Positions 51,281 through 64,000 of a stretch of DNA of 64,000 nucleotides are shown in pieces. Below the pieces are notes generated by a model. That model saw nothing but the letters and a program-made list of their open reading frames with translations. It searched no databases and was not told where the DNA came from. Both the position numbers and the translations under genes were made by a program. This stretch comes from Felis catus (Eukaryota). The DNA lies in contig NC_058368.1 of assembly GCF_018350175.1 (NCBI RefSeq), positions 40,984,001-41,048,000 of the forward strand, given 5' to 3'. Position 1 is the stretch's first letter. Each line of letters opens with the position of its first letter.

Positions 51281-51516
51281 GGGGGGCCTGGGTGGCTCAG
51301 TTGGTTAAGCATCTGACTTTTGGTTTTGGCTCAGGTCATGATCTCACAGCTCGTGAGGTTGAGCCCCTGCATCAGGTTCTGTGCTGACAGTGTGGAGCCT
51401 GCTTGGAATTCTCTCTCTCCCTCTCTTTCTGCCCCTCCCTTGCTCACACACTCTTTCTCTGTCTCTCTCTATTCTCAAAAATAAATAAATAAACATTTAA
51501 CATTTTTTTAAAAATT
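51281..51516 (+). mobile_element. CAN-SINE
   Basis: Consensus match; degenerate A-rich TSD. Confidence 0.92.
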
Positions 51517-51673
51517 AAAAAAACCTTCCTTTATTTGGTTATTTTACCTTAAGATTGTTGATATAAATATAACAACAAATTCAAAGCTGTTGGTCCCAAG
51601 GTTTCCTGATAGTAATTCATACTAGTTTTTACTAAAGGATTTTATCTAGATAACCATAAAAATTACTAGTTAT

Positions 51674-51885
51674 GGGGTGTCTGGGTGACTCAGTTGAACA
51701 TCCAGCTCTTGGTTTCAGCTCAGGTCATGATCTCACAGTTTTGTGGGTTCAAGCCCCGCGGCAGGCTCTGCACTGGCAATGTGGAGCCTGCTTGGTATTC
51801 TCTCTCCCTCTCTCTTTGCCCCTTCCCTGCTTGCACTGCCTCTGTCTCTCTCAAATAAATAAATTTTAAAAATATATATTTAAAA
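51674..51885 (+). mobile_element. Older CAN-SINE
   Basis: Consensus match. Confidence 0.88.
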
Positions 51886-52249
51886 AATGCTACTTATAAC
51901 TACTGTTTTGATTTTGTGTACAGTTAAAATTAGCCTATTTATTTTCTGTGCATAATGGTAATAAACATGATTAATTCCATTTTGTTATGTGAGACTACTT
52001 TCTTTGTATCCATTGCTATTTAATACTCCTTAAAGCTTGAGGAAAGTGTTATTTCATTAGCATTTTACAGATGATAATGGCAATGCACAGATAGGCTAAG
52101 GAAGTTGAATAGAGCCATACAACCAGAAACTGACCAAGCTCGAATTTGAACCAAGGCTTTTGTCTCTGAAGCCTCTCCCTCACAAAATATCAACTGAAGG
52201 GCACAAATGAAATTAAAATGAGCCAATTGTACAATATTGTGGGGTTTTT

Positions 52250-52470
52250 TTTATTCTTTTTTTTTTTCAACGTTTATTTATTTTTGGGACAGAGAGAGAC
52301 AGAGCATGAACGGGGGAGGGGCAGAGAGAGAGGGAGACACAGAATGGGAAGCAGGCTCCAGGCTCTGAGCCATCAGCCAAGAGCCCGACGCTGGGCTCGA
52401 ACTCACGGACCACGAGATCGTGACCTGGCTGAAGTCGGACGCTTAACCGACTGCGCCACCCAGGCGCCCC
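52250..52470 (-). mobile_element. Young feline SINEC_Fc
   Basis: TSD atattgtggg(g)ttttt. Confidence 0.96.
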
Positions 52471-52933
52471 ATATTGTGGGTTTTTAAAAATTTTTTAAAC
52501 TTTATTTTAGATTGAACAAAATGAAATGTTTCTAAAGAAACACAGTTTGTTCTATTTTAACTGTAATGTTTTTATGTGATATGGACTATAGTTTCTCAAA
52601 GTCCATTTTAGAAGTTTAAATAATATTTTCTTGAAAAAAAGCTGAATTTGAAATAACTAGGTTTACATTATATCTAAATAATTAATTGTCCATTAGTCAA
52701 TATACTCTAAAACATAAAATCTCTATTGTTATAATTTTGAAAATATGTTGGTATTTGAAACATATTTGAAAATATGGTGGTAGAACTTTTTACTTTATTT
52801 TTTTTGTTCACTTGCCAGATTTTCTTTATGAGATTAGAGATTGTCATGAACCCTGAATATCATTTAGCCAAGATCTAACATCTAACCAACATCTAACACT
52901 TTGTTCAAATTAATTACATAAAACCTGCATTAC

Positions 52934-53055
52934 CTTTAAATAATTTAATTACTCATTTGTCAATATTCCTATAATGCAATACCTCTATATATTTATATTG
53001 AAAATATGTGATGGAGCTTCATACATAAGGTACACTTCCTTATTTCTCACACCAC
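52934..53055 (-). pseudogene. Candidate exon, 122 nt: (G)GVRNKEVYLMYEAPSHIFNINI*...
   Basis: Acceptor ctaattttaaaatag, donor AAG|gtaatg; phase-1 start fits the previous exon; probable internal frameshift. Confidence 0.4.
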
Positions 53056-53708
53056 CTATTTTAAAATTAGAGTATTTTTTGCTTACTTGACACTTATCAA
53101 ACTGGAGCAAGTCGGGTACCATAGAAAGGCAGTTGGATGGGGTAATACCAGAGACTTTTTGCAAAGTAATTATCTCAAAGCCTGATCTAAGTTCATGGCT
53201 CTACTAAGTCCCTTTTTTCTTGACCATAAAGTATCACTGTTTTTTTTTCCCATTTTAATGCTTAACAATCTTCATTATAATTGCTTATTTATTACATGTC
53301 ATGAGAATAGTCACTCACAACCCTTATCTTATTTACACTATTATGTAACACCATCAAATATCCACGATCTATGTTTTTATACTGTTAAGTATAAATTCCT
53401 TTACTATTTATTTCACTATGTAATAAATATTTCTAAGTAACTGCTCATTAATTTGTTCCTTAATAAAACTTACTGAAAGCATAATATGTGTCAGGCATAG
53501 TTAAAGGCTCTGGGAATATACAGAACAAAATTAAATAGTAGTTCTTCCTGAACATCCAGTGACGTATATAGCAGGAACAGTGAAGATTAAGGTAAGAGGA
53601 AAAGTTTGGATATGCATATATGGTCACTCTTTGATTGCGATGAAGCATTCGTGCGTGAATTCATATGACAGAACTTACTAAATCATACCCTTGAAAATGC
53701 TCATTATA

Positions 53709-53937
53709 GGGGCGCCTGGGTGGTGCAGTTGGTTAAGCGTCCGACTTCAGCCAGGTCACGATCTCGCTGTCCATGAGTTCGAGCCCCGCGTCAGGCTCTG
53801 GGCTGATGGCTCAGAGCCTGGAGCCTGTTTCCGATTCTGTGTCTCCCTCTCTCTCTGCCCCTCGCCCGTTCATGCTCTGTCTCTCTCTGTCCCAAAAATA
53901 AATAAACGTTGAAAAAAAAAATTAAAAAAAAAAAAAA
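53709..53937 (+). mobile_element. Young feline SINEC_Fc
   Basis: Perfect 16-bp TSD gaaaatgctcattata; long A tail. Confidence 0.97.
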
Positions 53938-54624
53938 GAAAATGCTCATTATATACCTACTATGCAAATTGTCAGTCCTTCAAGTTAATGTAACTTGTTT
54001 AAGGCAAGTGAAGTTTAAGGCAACATAGAACATTTTATAGATAAAAATTACAAATTAACTACAGTTCAGGAAAGAGATTGTCAGAGGCAATCTCTGAGGA
54101 TACTGGAAATTGAAATCTCTCTTGAAGAATGGGTTAGGTGAAGAATTATGAAGAGGCAAGAAGACCAGGGTATGAAAACATACGGAATTGTTCGCGATCC
54201 TTAGTGAACATGAAAACCACTTGGGAAGCTTGTTAACATTTCGTAGATCTGTGCTACACATTCAGACAATCCTATTTAAATGTGAGACAGGGCTATGGTA
54301 TTGCATTAAAAACAAAACAAAAGTATTTCAATCCCTGATTATCCTAATAGAGTTGATCCTTGGACCACAGCCTGTAATCGGGGAGGGATTCCCAAATCCT
54401 GCTTGGATTGAACTATGTATGTAATGATCAGAAATGATTCATTGTAACTTCTAACGATCTGCATGTATAAAACTTCAAGGAAAATGTAGCAATTGAAGTT
54501 TGGTTTTGAATTTTAATGTTTTAGCACTGAACAGTATCCAATCTCAACATTTTCAACTATAATCCTAGATGATAGTGTCAAAAGCAATTATTCATTTTAA
54601 TTTATCTATTATCAGTTAATGTGT

Positions 54625-54852
54625 TTTTTTATTTATTTACTTATTTTATTTATTATTATTATTTTTTTTTGAGAGAGTAAGGGGGATGTGAGTGGGAAAG
54701 GCGAAAAGGGAGAGGGGGAGAGAGAGAATATTAAGCAGTCTCCATGCCCAGTATGCAGCCCGACTCAGGGCTCGATTTCACCACCTTGAGATCATGACCT
54801 GAGCCAAAGTCAAGAGTTGGATGCTTAACCGACTGAGCCACTCAGGCGTCGC
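54625..54852 (-). mobile_element. Older CAN-SINE
   Basis: TSD cagttaatgt. Confidence 0.88.
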
Positions 54853-54942
54853 CAGTTAATGTTTTTAAAAGTCTCTATTAAATACTTAACTTTGCTCTTT
54901 AAAAAGGTTATTTTTTTTTCTAGAGAAGAGAAAATCTTCCAC

Positions 54943-55071
54943 CTTTCTTTTGCTGTGAACAAGATGCAAATGCTTTTAAAACAGGTTTCCTAATCAGATT
55001 TTTGTAAAGAGATATCCTTCACTGCTCAACTTTACTGGGCAGTTCAAAGTCAATTTGTATTGTAATCCCTT
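54943..55071 (-). pseudogene. Candidate exon, 129 nt, phase 1-1: (E)GITIQIDFELPSKVEQ*RISLYKNLIRKPVLKAFASCSQQKK
   Basis: Acceptor ctactttatttttatttag, donor AAG|gtggaa; one stop in about 42 codons. Confidence 0.5.
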
Positions 55072-58000
55072 CTAAATAAAAATAAAGTAGCAATCACATC
55101 GGGCTTAACAAAGTAAACAAATGAATTTCATTTTATGTTGGTTTGACTTTTTTTTTTCTCAAAAGAATACTGATTTATGTGACTGTCAAGTTTGAATGCA
55201 TATAACACAACTTTCTCAGATTGAATCCAATTGATTTTCTATAACAATGTCAAGCATTCAGTACATCATAGGAGCAGTAAGACTGTAATAAACAATCCTT
55301 TCAAAAAGAAAGTGATTCTTTTCTCCTTAAACACATAGGTAAATATTGTTTGTTCTTGCTCTTTCTATCTAGAGAAGCTAAAGGGTTCTGCGTCTTCAGT
55401 GTTAGAATGCCCTTAATCCCTAACTCATCTCCCATGAAACTTTGTTTTCCTTATGACCTTCTGTTCAGCATTGCCTCAGACAATTGTTAGAAGTGATTTT
55501 AAGTGTGAAGTCAGGTTCACAGATCATCCTACTCCAGATCATCCTAACAGAGTTGATCCCCGTAGAAGTGTCATTCTACTTTGCAAGAGTAGATAGCTGT
55601 GCAGTGCACTTTATACTTAGAAGTGGGGCCAATGAGTGCTTTTAAGGAATACCATTTCTCCTGAAAAAGAAAGCTGACAAATTCCATACCTATGCCCCTT
55701 GAAATTTACTTCTCATGAATCTTGCTAAATTTCAAATATTACTTTTAATAACTATCTTTCTTTTATTGTTCATACTTGTCATTGCGATTACTTATTTGAG
55801 TGAAATAGGTAATGCATTACGATTAACCTAGGTTTGTTTTATAAGAAGTCTGTACTAAATGTATTACTTTTTGTATTAATTTCTTATTTATTTTCCATCC
55901 TTTTTACATATAATTTGCTAGTATAAATTTAAGCGGTATGGCACCATTTTAATGGTTGTGAAAATAAAACCTTATGTTAATGTTTTGGAAAATTAAAAAA
56001 ATCACTAGATATTAAATACAAAAGCACAAGTAGTAGAAGGGAAGCAGATTTGGGTAAATAAAAGTGAAATACAAAAAGAAAGACAGTTCATATCCATATC
56101 CTAAGGATTAGAGTGATATGATAAATGTGTTATATATTGCTATTACAAAATGATAAGTCCTGCTACCAATAATAATTACTAACACTTTTGAGTGGTTACC
56201 GTGAGACATGAACTTTCTTACTGCTTTAAAATATTATGTATCTCACAAGAGTTCTGTCAAGAAATGCTGCTGTTTTACCCGTTTTACTTGCCCCCCAAAA
56301 TAGTCTGACTCTCAGGCCATAGCTGTGACCATGAAAATGTCATTGCTTCTCTTCTACACAATTAGATGGCTATATATGAACAGCAAATTGGCAATGCTTG
56401 TTCTTTTACCTAGTTAATATATCTAACACATTATTTTGTTTCCCTTTCTTTGTTACCATTATTTTAGATACCCACATGGCAAAGCTATCTTGAAATTCCT
56501 GATCTCCTGTCTTTTAAATCCTTTTTATTACCCATTTAGTCTGCACATCACAATCATTGCCTATCACAGCCTCACTTCTGCTCACCAAACTTCCAAGGCA
56601 ACCTGTTGATTATAGGACACTATTTACATCTCTAAGCTAAGTGTGCAGAATCCCCTAAATTCTGACTGCAACCCTACCCTACCGCATCCCCTCCCACCAT
56701 GTTTCTGTGTATGACACTGAAGGCAAATCATTATTAACTGCATATATGGACTTTAGAAGGTAATTTTTCTCACAGAGTGGTCTGTCCATTATTTGCTGAT
56801 CTTGCCTTCATCCACACTCTTCCTCCCACTTTAAATATTTCATGCCTTTCACTGAAATCTATCTTAGCACTATATTATATTAGCATTATATATTATATTA
56901 TATTAGCATTATATTATTCAATGACAACATGAGGATTTAAAAATATATAATACTGACCAGAAGTTGTCTGCTTATCTAGGTCTGGCTTTTCTACTCAAAT
57001 ATCTGCTCTGAATTGCAATTAACAGGTACCGTGTTAACTCATTTGGTGCTTGTTTCACAATGACGATATGTATTTCAAATTTTTGCACACTTGCTAAGAG
57101 TTGATACCTTTCATTCTCCTTTCAGAAATTACTTTACATATGAAAGTCTAGACATATTGTTCATATTTGGTAAACATTTGCCATCAATCTATTTTCTTAG
57201 AATGGATTGAGTATGAAATAGTAAAGAAATAAGAATAAGAATAAAATAAAGTGTCAAATAATTAAGCTAAGCTGCTGTTTTTCTCAGAAGACAGAAAAAG
57301 TTACTACAAATATAGTACAATACTTGTACATGATTTACTTCAAAGTTTGGGAGAAAACAGTGATACTAATGCCCTTGCATTAGTAAATGAACTGACTAGG
57401 AGGGAAATATCATTTGAACCTATTTTTACAAGTGTGCTTATACTTATTTTTCTACATCACACTATCACTCCTTCAAGGTGAAAAACTAATTTTTTCATTC
57501 CACTGCTGCTATACTTGAAGAAATGAGTATGATTTTCTGTGTATGAAGTGTACTTGATAAAAGTCCTCCTTTCCTATATTTTCTTATACATGTCACTTAA
57601 ATGTAATAAAGATAGCATTACAGGACAAAAAATGGGAAGGGTATTTTACAAATTAAATACATTTATAATACTTCAATAAGAAAACTGTGATTAATAATCA
57701 CTGATTACAAGTTATATGTGATGAAATTAGCAAGAAGCTGTGTTTTATTTATTTATTTCTTTTCATGTATATAGGATGTTTGGGATATGAGCTTTGGAAT
57801 GAGGGAACTAATGGTTTGGGATTTCTTTTACGAGTGTGTTTCAGATAGATCTCTTATTGCCTAAGAAAATAGCCATAAAAATCCAGGATATATTTTTTTC
57901 TAATTTATTTACATGATTGAAGGGTCAATATGACATTGACATTTTAAAATATTTTGAAGATGTTTCCATAGTTTAAGATTTTACATGTTTCATGAATCTC

Positions 58001-58335
58001 TAAAAAATGTGTATTCTCTAATTGTTAGAGTCAGAATTCTAAATACTTTCATTAAATTGTTAATTATGTGGCTCAAATACACCATCATATTTTGACTATT
58101 TTTGCTTTTTGTTTTACAATTATTGAGAGATACGTGCCCAAGGTGTTTACTTTGCCAATAGGCATACTTTTCCTATCCTCACAACTTTCCTGGATTCTTA
58201 TGTTTTGGTAGAGATTCTTATAGAAGGCCATACAACCTTGATTCTGTTCTATTATCTACTGTTTCTTATCTAAAAAGTTTAGTTTATTGGCCTCTTGGCT
58301 GTAAGTTCCATATTTTTAAATGCTGATGACTCACA

Positions 58336-58545
58336 GGGGCACCTGGGTGGGTCAGTTGGTTAATTGTCCAACTTCTGCTCAGGTCATAATCTCCTGGGGT
58401 TTTTGAGTTCGAGCCCCATGTTGGGCTCTGTGCTGACAGCTCAGAGTCTGAAGCCTGCCTCGGATTCTGTGTCTCCCCCTCTCTCTGCCCCTCCCCTGCT
58501 CATGCTCTGTCTCTCTCTCTCAATAATAAATAAACGTCAAAAAAA
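58336..58545 (+). mobile_element. CAN-SINE inserted in an L2 remnant
   Basis: Perfect flanking repeat tttaaatgctgatgactcaca at 58315-58335 and 58546-58566. Confidence 0.96.
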
Positions 58546-59716
58546 TTTAAATGCTGATGACTCACAAACTTTCATTTTGGCTTATGCCGTTCCTCTGTGT
58601 TTTAGGCTCATATATCCAATTGCCTTCATGACATTACAAATTAGAAGCCTCATATGTATCTCAGAATGAATATGTTAAAAATATACTTTTGATCCTCTCC
58701 TCTACCTAAATCTCAATCATTTTTAAGTACTATAAATGGCAGAATAAGAAAAAATATTTCATTGCCTTATTAAGATGATTGGAAAGCAGGTAATAAAAAC
58801 TCAATATATCTTAAGCTGAAAAGTGGAAATGTTATAATGTGGCAACTCTTGTTATAAGGTTGTAAAATATTTGGTTAAACTGTTACCAGCTATATTTGGG
58901 CGGGCATGAATAGTGCCACCATTATCTGAGGCCGTGGCACCAAGAAAAATTATAGGAAACATTAAGTCTTTTGTAATTTATTGGCAGCTTTTTTCCCAGT
59001 TTTTCAAGAAAGAGATGGGTTCATACTGAGCTAACTAGCCTGAAAACAGGAAGGAAGCAAAGATGACCTTTATAAGGACTGTGCTCTGTGCCCATGTCCA
59101 ATGATGTTAAGTTACCTGAAAGCCCAGTTAACTTGGAAGTTCCAGAGTTGACAAAGTCAACTTCTTCTCCTTTCTCCTATGAAGCAGCATTAACTTTAAG
59201 TGGTGGCTTCAATGAGGCAGCTTTAGCAGGATATAAAATTACAGGTGTAAGTTTTTTATAAACAAAACTTTATTACTTTGATAGACGTGTGTTGTTCCCC
59301 AACTAAAGTAAACAGGCTAACGATAATATCTTTCTACTCATTAAATTATAAGAGAAGAAAATGATCAAAGGCACAAAAGTCTGGTAGTAAAAGAAAACTG
59401 TACAAGTTTAAATTTTACATCTCAGTAAGATTGTTTTTGTAAGTACTTCTCCATAGAATTGAAGGAAGAAAAAGTGTCAGTAACTCCTTATTTTAAATCT
59501 TCCTTCAAAAAGTCTATTGCTAAAGAAATATTCATTCAAGGTCTGTATTAGCCTGTTTCTATTAAACCAATAAGGCAATCAATCATTAGTCACTGAAGCT
59601 GGATGTATTGCTATGGTATTAGACACCGTTATTACAAATGATGAAAAGACACATTTACAGGTTATTTTTAAATGAATATAGTACATGAAAAAAGGGGAAG
59701 AATGTTTTTGTATTCA

Positions 59717-59927
59717 TTTTTTTAAATGTTTATTTATTTTTGAAATACACAGTGACAGAGTGAGAGCAGGGGAGGGGCAGGGAGAGAGGGAGACACAGAA
59801 TTTGATGCAGGCTCCAGACTCTGGGCTATCGGCACAGAGCCCAACATGGGGCTCGAACCCACAAACTGTGAGATCATGAACTGAGCCAAAGTCAAACGCT
59901 CAACCGACTGAGCCACCCAGATGCCCC
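59717..59927 (-). mobile_element. CAN-SINE
   Basis: Consensus match; degenerate TSD ending tattcat. Confidence 0.92.
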
Positions 59928-60024
59928 AATTTTTCATATTCATAAATAACAATTAAAAGCTGTTTTCAGTTGTTATCTTCATCAAGTTAAAAATGACTTC
60001 CTCAAAAACAAACTTTACACAAAC

Positions 60025-60266
60025 GCTGATTCGTAGCCACCTGGGGCTAAATGTGTTGGAGCAGGGAATGGAAAGGAACTGCTAATGAACAAGGAGTTTT
60101 GGGGAAATGAGGAAAATGTTCTGAAGTTAATTGTTGTGGTTGTCCAACTTTATAAACATGCTAAAAGCACTTCAGATTGTACACTTTAAACAGACGAACT
60201 GTATGGTATGTGATTTGTATGGACAAACAAATGGTATGTTAATTGTATCTAGTAAAACTGTAACAA
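60025..60266 (+). mobile_element. Old L1 (L1MB/ME-like) 3' end
   Basis: gaaaatgttctgaagtta…attgtacactttaaa…tgtatggtatgtga. Confidence 0.65.
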
Positions 60267-60284
60267 ATGGAACTGTAAATTGAG

Positions 60285-60380
60285 GAGCCAGCCTTGAGTC
60301 AGTGTAATATCTCAGCGTGCCATGCACTATCCATGAGCCAGCCTTCAGTCAGTGTAATATCTCTGGTCCATGCACTGTCT
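60285..60380. repeat. Two-copy tandem duplication, period about 50 bp
   Basis: gagccagcctt(g/c)agtcagtgtaatatctc…ccatgcact occurs twice. Confidence 0.9.
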
Positions 60381-61986
60381 CTCTGTCATGCTGCCCTTCC
60401 TTTTACTGCACATGCATGAGGTATAGCTAACTGTCAGCCTACAACAGGGGAATCCTGAGAGTTTGCTGAAGAATTCCCAATGCACAAGATATCCACAGGG
60501 AAATAATCTGCTGTAGAGTGGGGAGAGAAAGTAGACATCATTCCAGGGGAAACTGAGTGCACAGTAAGAGTAAACTTGAACTACTCAGAAATATTTATGG
60601 ATTCATAGCTAAAATGTGCAGGGATGGAGTTCCTTTCCCAATAGAAAGGACTGAGGAATGGAGTCTTGCATATGACATCTTGATAGGATTTAGTTTGTTT
60701 TATTCAAATTAAGCATATTTTTTTTCTCTGCTATCTTAGGGTTGGACATTTAGCACGAGAGCTATTTTATCTGTAGCCCCAAGGATGTTTGCATTTCTCA
60801 GGGGAAAAAAAATTAAAGAAAGTCATAAAATACTTGGCTTTATATTTGACTTCATGTCACAAAATAATTTAAAAAAGAAAAAAAAACACGCATTCCTGAT
60901 TAATAGTGTAGTTAAATAAAGTGAAAGTAAGAGAAATATAATTCATAGAAATGATGGAACTTTTTGATATTAAAAAATGGTTGCTAATAAAAATGGAAGT
61001 GCTTTAAGAAAGTAATAATGATTTGCTAGTGCATTTTTTCCTACCCTTTCCAATCCATATAAAGGTCTTTCTATTAAACTTTGGTACTTGAAAATAACTA
61101 TTGGGCATAAATTTTATTAACTATGTGTAAAAAATCAGTATAGTTTCTAAGAATCTCAAAATTAAAAAAAATAGTTTTTCTTAGGTACAAGTTATTTAGA
61201 GCTTAATGTAATATCAGCTACTTTAAAGCAATGTAGAATAAAGCATGCCACAGACGACAATTAGGAATCAGCAGGACTCAAGAGCTTTTATGCCATTTTG
61301 CGTTTTATGTGTTTACAAAGCTGCAACCTATTGGCATTTAATTCCATATTTACTGTCTCTGGTGTCTCATTGCACAGCAGGACATGGAATGAGCAATAAA
61401 CATGTTATCATAAGTATTGTACTGAATGAAAATTTAATTAAATCACAACTTTTTAAAAAATGTATTTTCTGTGTCACCCTTCGGTTTGACATCTTCAACT
61501 CGTATATTCATTTTATCAATTTATCCACACTGAATTACAAAAACACGCTGAAATAATTTGATGTATATTAAAGTTTCAGGAGAATAAAAGTTCATTTTGA
61601 ATATATTAGCATATAAGAGAGAGTTATTTAATCTTGATGACTTGAAAAATTATATAAATATATAATTTAATATGTTAATTGACTGGCCTACTTAGAAGCA
61701 TAGTAAAGTTATATAACAAGAATTCAAAGAAATAGTATAAATGTGTTATTTTAATTTCATTCTATACAGGTATATTTTTAGTTCCTCTTTGAATGTACAT
61801 GATCAAATTCTTTTATCTAGGGTCTTAAGCAATTACTTTTTCCTTTGGCAATCTATCACATAACATATATTTATCAATGAACAGTCTATTTAAGTAACTC
61901 ATTTTTTTTTTACAAGGGAATAAAATGAAGGGAGTTTTCACTTGGAATTGTATGAATGAAATAATATTATAAGATTATAATTATGT

Positions 61987-62140
61987 GGGGCACTAGGTGT
62001 CTCAGTTGGTTAAGCGTCCAACTCCTGATTTTTGCTCAGGTCATGATCTCGAGGTTGGTGAGATCCGACCCTGTATTGTCAGCATGGAGCCTTCTTGGGA
62101 TTCTCTCTCTCCCTCTCTCTCTGCCCCTCCCCCACTCTTA

Positions 62141-62183
<43 letters not shown>

Positions 62184-62250
62184 CTTTTCTCTGTCACTCT
62201 CTTTCTCTGTCTCTCTCTGTCTCTCCCTCAAAATGAATAAACATTTTTAA
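61987..62250 (+). mobile_element. CAN-SINE with expanded (CT)n
   Basis: TSD attataattatgt. Confidence 0.93.
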
Positions 62251-63134
62251 AAAATTATAATTATGTTAAGTGCATTGTTTCTTTATGTACAGATATAAGG
62301 GAAGGGGAGAACAGGTGAAGAGAAAAATATATAAAATTTGCTAAATTCATATTGTTATAAAAACCTGATGCTTCGTTGTGCCCATTGTGTTAAAAATGAT
62401 AGGAAAATGAGAAAAAAAATAGATTAGCTACAGAGGAAGGCTAGATGTTACTTAGAATTTTGCTTGATGATAGTAATAATGAAAGGAATGATATGGCAAA
62501 GAGGTAGATTCAAATCTGAAGAATTTACATAAAAATAAGGAAAATATAAATTAATAATTGATCTGGACAGGAGAAAGTTCAAATATTGAAAACACTAAGT
62601 AGATCAATCCAAGCAAGGGCTCAGTTTCAGGAAATCCAAGTAAAGGCCAGGAAAGGATACATAGATCAACTCAATCCACAGATCAACTCAATCCAGATCA
62701 GAGATAATTAATCATTTGAGATAAGGAGCTCCACCTAAATGTTGGGGTGTAGACAGTTTGGATAAGAAAATGGAAGCATAAATAACAAAAGCTTGATAAT
62801 GAGCTAAACTTTTAAGAAATCTTGACATATACCTTCTTCCCAATGTTAAAATTGGTTTCAAAATCAGATAGCACTGAGCATATAAGTGAATGTTCACAGT
62901 GAAATCCATAGGAAGAATGGAGGAAGACAATTTTTAAGAGAAGCAAGGGATTACCATTTATATGTCAAGGCTTTAATACATAATCTGTGATTGGAATTTG
63001 GAAATTATAGTTGAGCAGAATATGGACACATAGACTGGAGGCAGGAAAATTAGATTTTGTGTTCTTTGGCAATGTACAAAACACCTCCTGAGTGATGACA
63101 TAGAGAATGGACTTATGTTTTCCTTATACAATCT

Positions 63135-64000
63135 TTGTTTTTGTTTTTTTTTCAATATATGAAATTTATTGTCAAATTGGTTTCCATAAAACACTCAGTG
63201 CTCATCCCAAAATGTGCCCTCCTCAATACCATCACCCACCCTCCCCTCCCTCCCACCCCCCATCAACCCTCAGTTTGTTCTCAGTTTTTAAAAGTCTCTT
63301 ATGCTTTGGCTCTCTCTCGCTCTAATCTCTTTTTTTTTTTCCTTCCCCTCCCCCATGAGTTTCTGTTAAGTTTCTCAGGATCCACTTAAGAGTGAAACCA
63401 TATGGTATCTGTCTTTCTCTGTATGGCTTATTTCACTTAGCATCACACTCTCCAGTTCCATCCACGTTGCTACAAAGGGCCATATTTCATTCTTTCTCAT
63501 TGCCACGTAGTACTTCGTTGTGTATATAAACCACAATTTCTTTATCCATTCATCAGTTGATGGACATTTAGGCTCTTTCTATAATTTGGTTTTGTTGAGA
63601 GTGCTGCTATAAACACTGGGGTACAAGTGCCCCTATGCATCAGTACTCCTGTATCCCTTGGATAAGTTCCTAGTAGTGCTACTGCTGGGTCATAGGGTAG
63701 GTCTATTTTTAATTTTTTGAGGAACCTCCACACTGCTTTCCAGAGTGGCTGCACCACTTTGCATTCCCACCAACAGTGGAAGAGGGTTCCCGTTTCTCCA
63801 CATCCTCCCCAGCATCTATAGTCTCCTGATTTGTTCATTTTGGCCACTCTGACTGGCATGAGGTGATATCTGAGTGTGGTTTTGATTTCTATTTCCCTGA
63901 TGAGGAGTGACGTTGAGCATCTTTTCATGTGCCTGTTGGCCTTCTGGATGTCTACTTTAGAGAAGTGTCTATTCATGTTTTCTGCCCATTTCTTCACTGG
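63135..64000 (-). mobile_element. Relatively young feline L1: ORF2 C-terminus plus 3'UTR, runs off the window
   Basis: ORF 63542..63997 contains [13 protein letters not shown] and the CCHC knuckle [19 protein letters not shown]-rich tail. Confidence 0.96.

Larger units (their letters stand above)
4885..55071 (-). pseudogene. Decayed multi-exon gene (probable unitary pseudogene), product not recognised; true ends uncertain
   Basis: More than 20 exon-like blocks, all on the minus strand and outside repeats, with canonical AG/GT ends; many have lengths divisible by 3 (129, 135, 138, 84, 72, 189, 192, 150 nt); largely open frames broken by scattered stops, frameshifts and a SINE insertion. Confidence 0.65.

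Noticed and set aside
865..62240. Many 60-136 aa ORFs with AQVMIS…SLEPASDSVS or ETEHERGRGRERGRHR peptides
   Set aside because: All are CAN-SINE translations
1..64000. CRISPR array, operon or prokaryotic defence system
   Set aside because: Mammalian DNA; direct repeats are TSD pairs or microsatellites, not regularly spaced repeat-spacer arrays

Overview
AT-rich mammalian genomic DNA, almost certainly felid (about 29 CAN-SINEs, several of the young feline SINEC_Fc type, plus carnivore L1s). I can support no intact protein-coding gene, RNA gene or prokaryote-type system. Most ORF-track entries are artefacts of SINEs, L1 fragments or microsatellites. The repeat content includes SINEs with target-site duplications (TSDs), L1s of several ages, ERV1 and MaLR LTRs, MER44, MER5, MIR and L2. 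The main hidden structure is in the non-repetitive DNA. More than 20 minus-strand segments between about 4.9 and 55.1 kb are bounded by pyrimidine-tract-AG acceptors and GT donors. Many are a multiple of 3 long, they often join in compatible phases, and they translate with few stops. They look like the relic of one large multi-exon gene (probable unitary pseudogene) that I cannot name. Secondary highlights: a three-tier LTR>inverted L1>SINE nest, a SINE carrying a 3' transduction, a tail-only insertion that seeded a microsatellite, a close inverted SINE pair, and a 770-bp polypyrimidine tract. Repeat family names come from recalled consensus sequences, not a database search.
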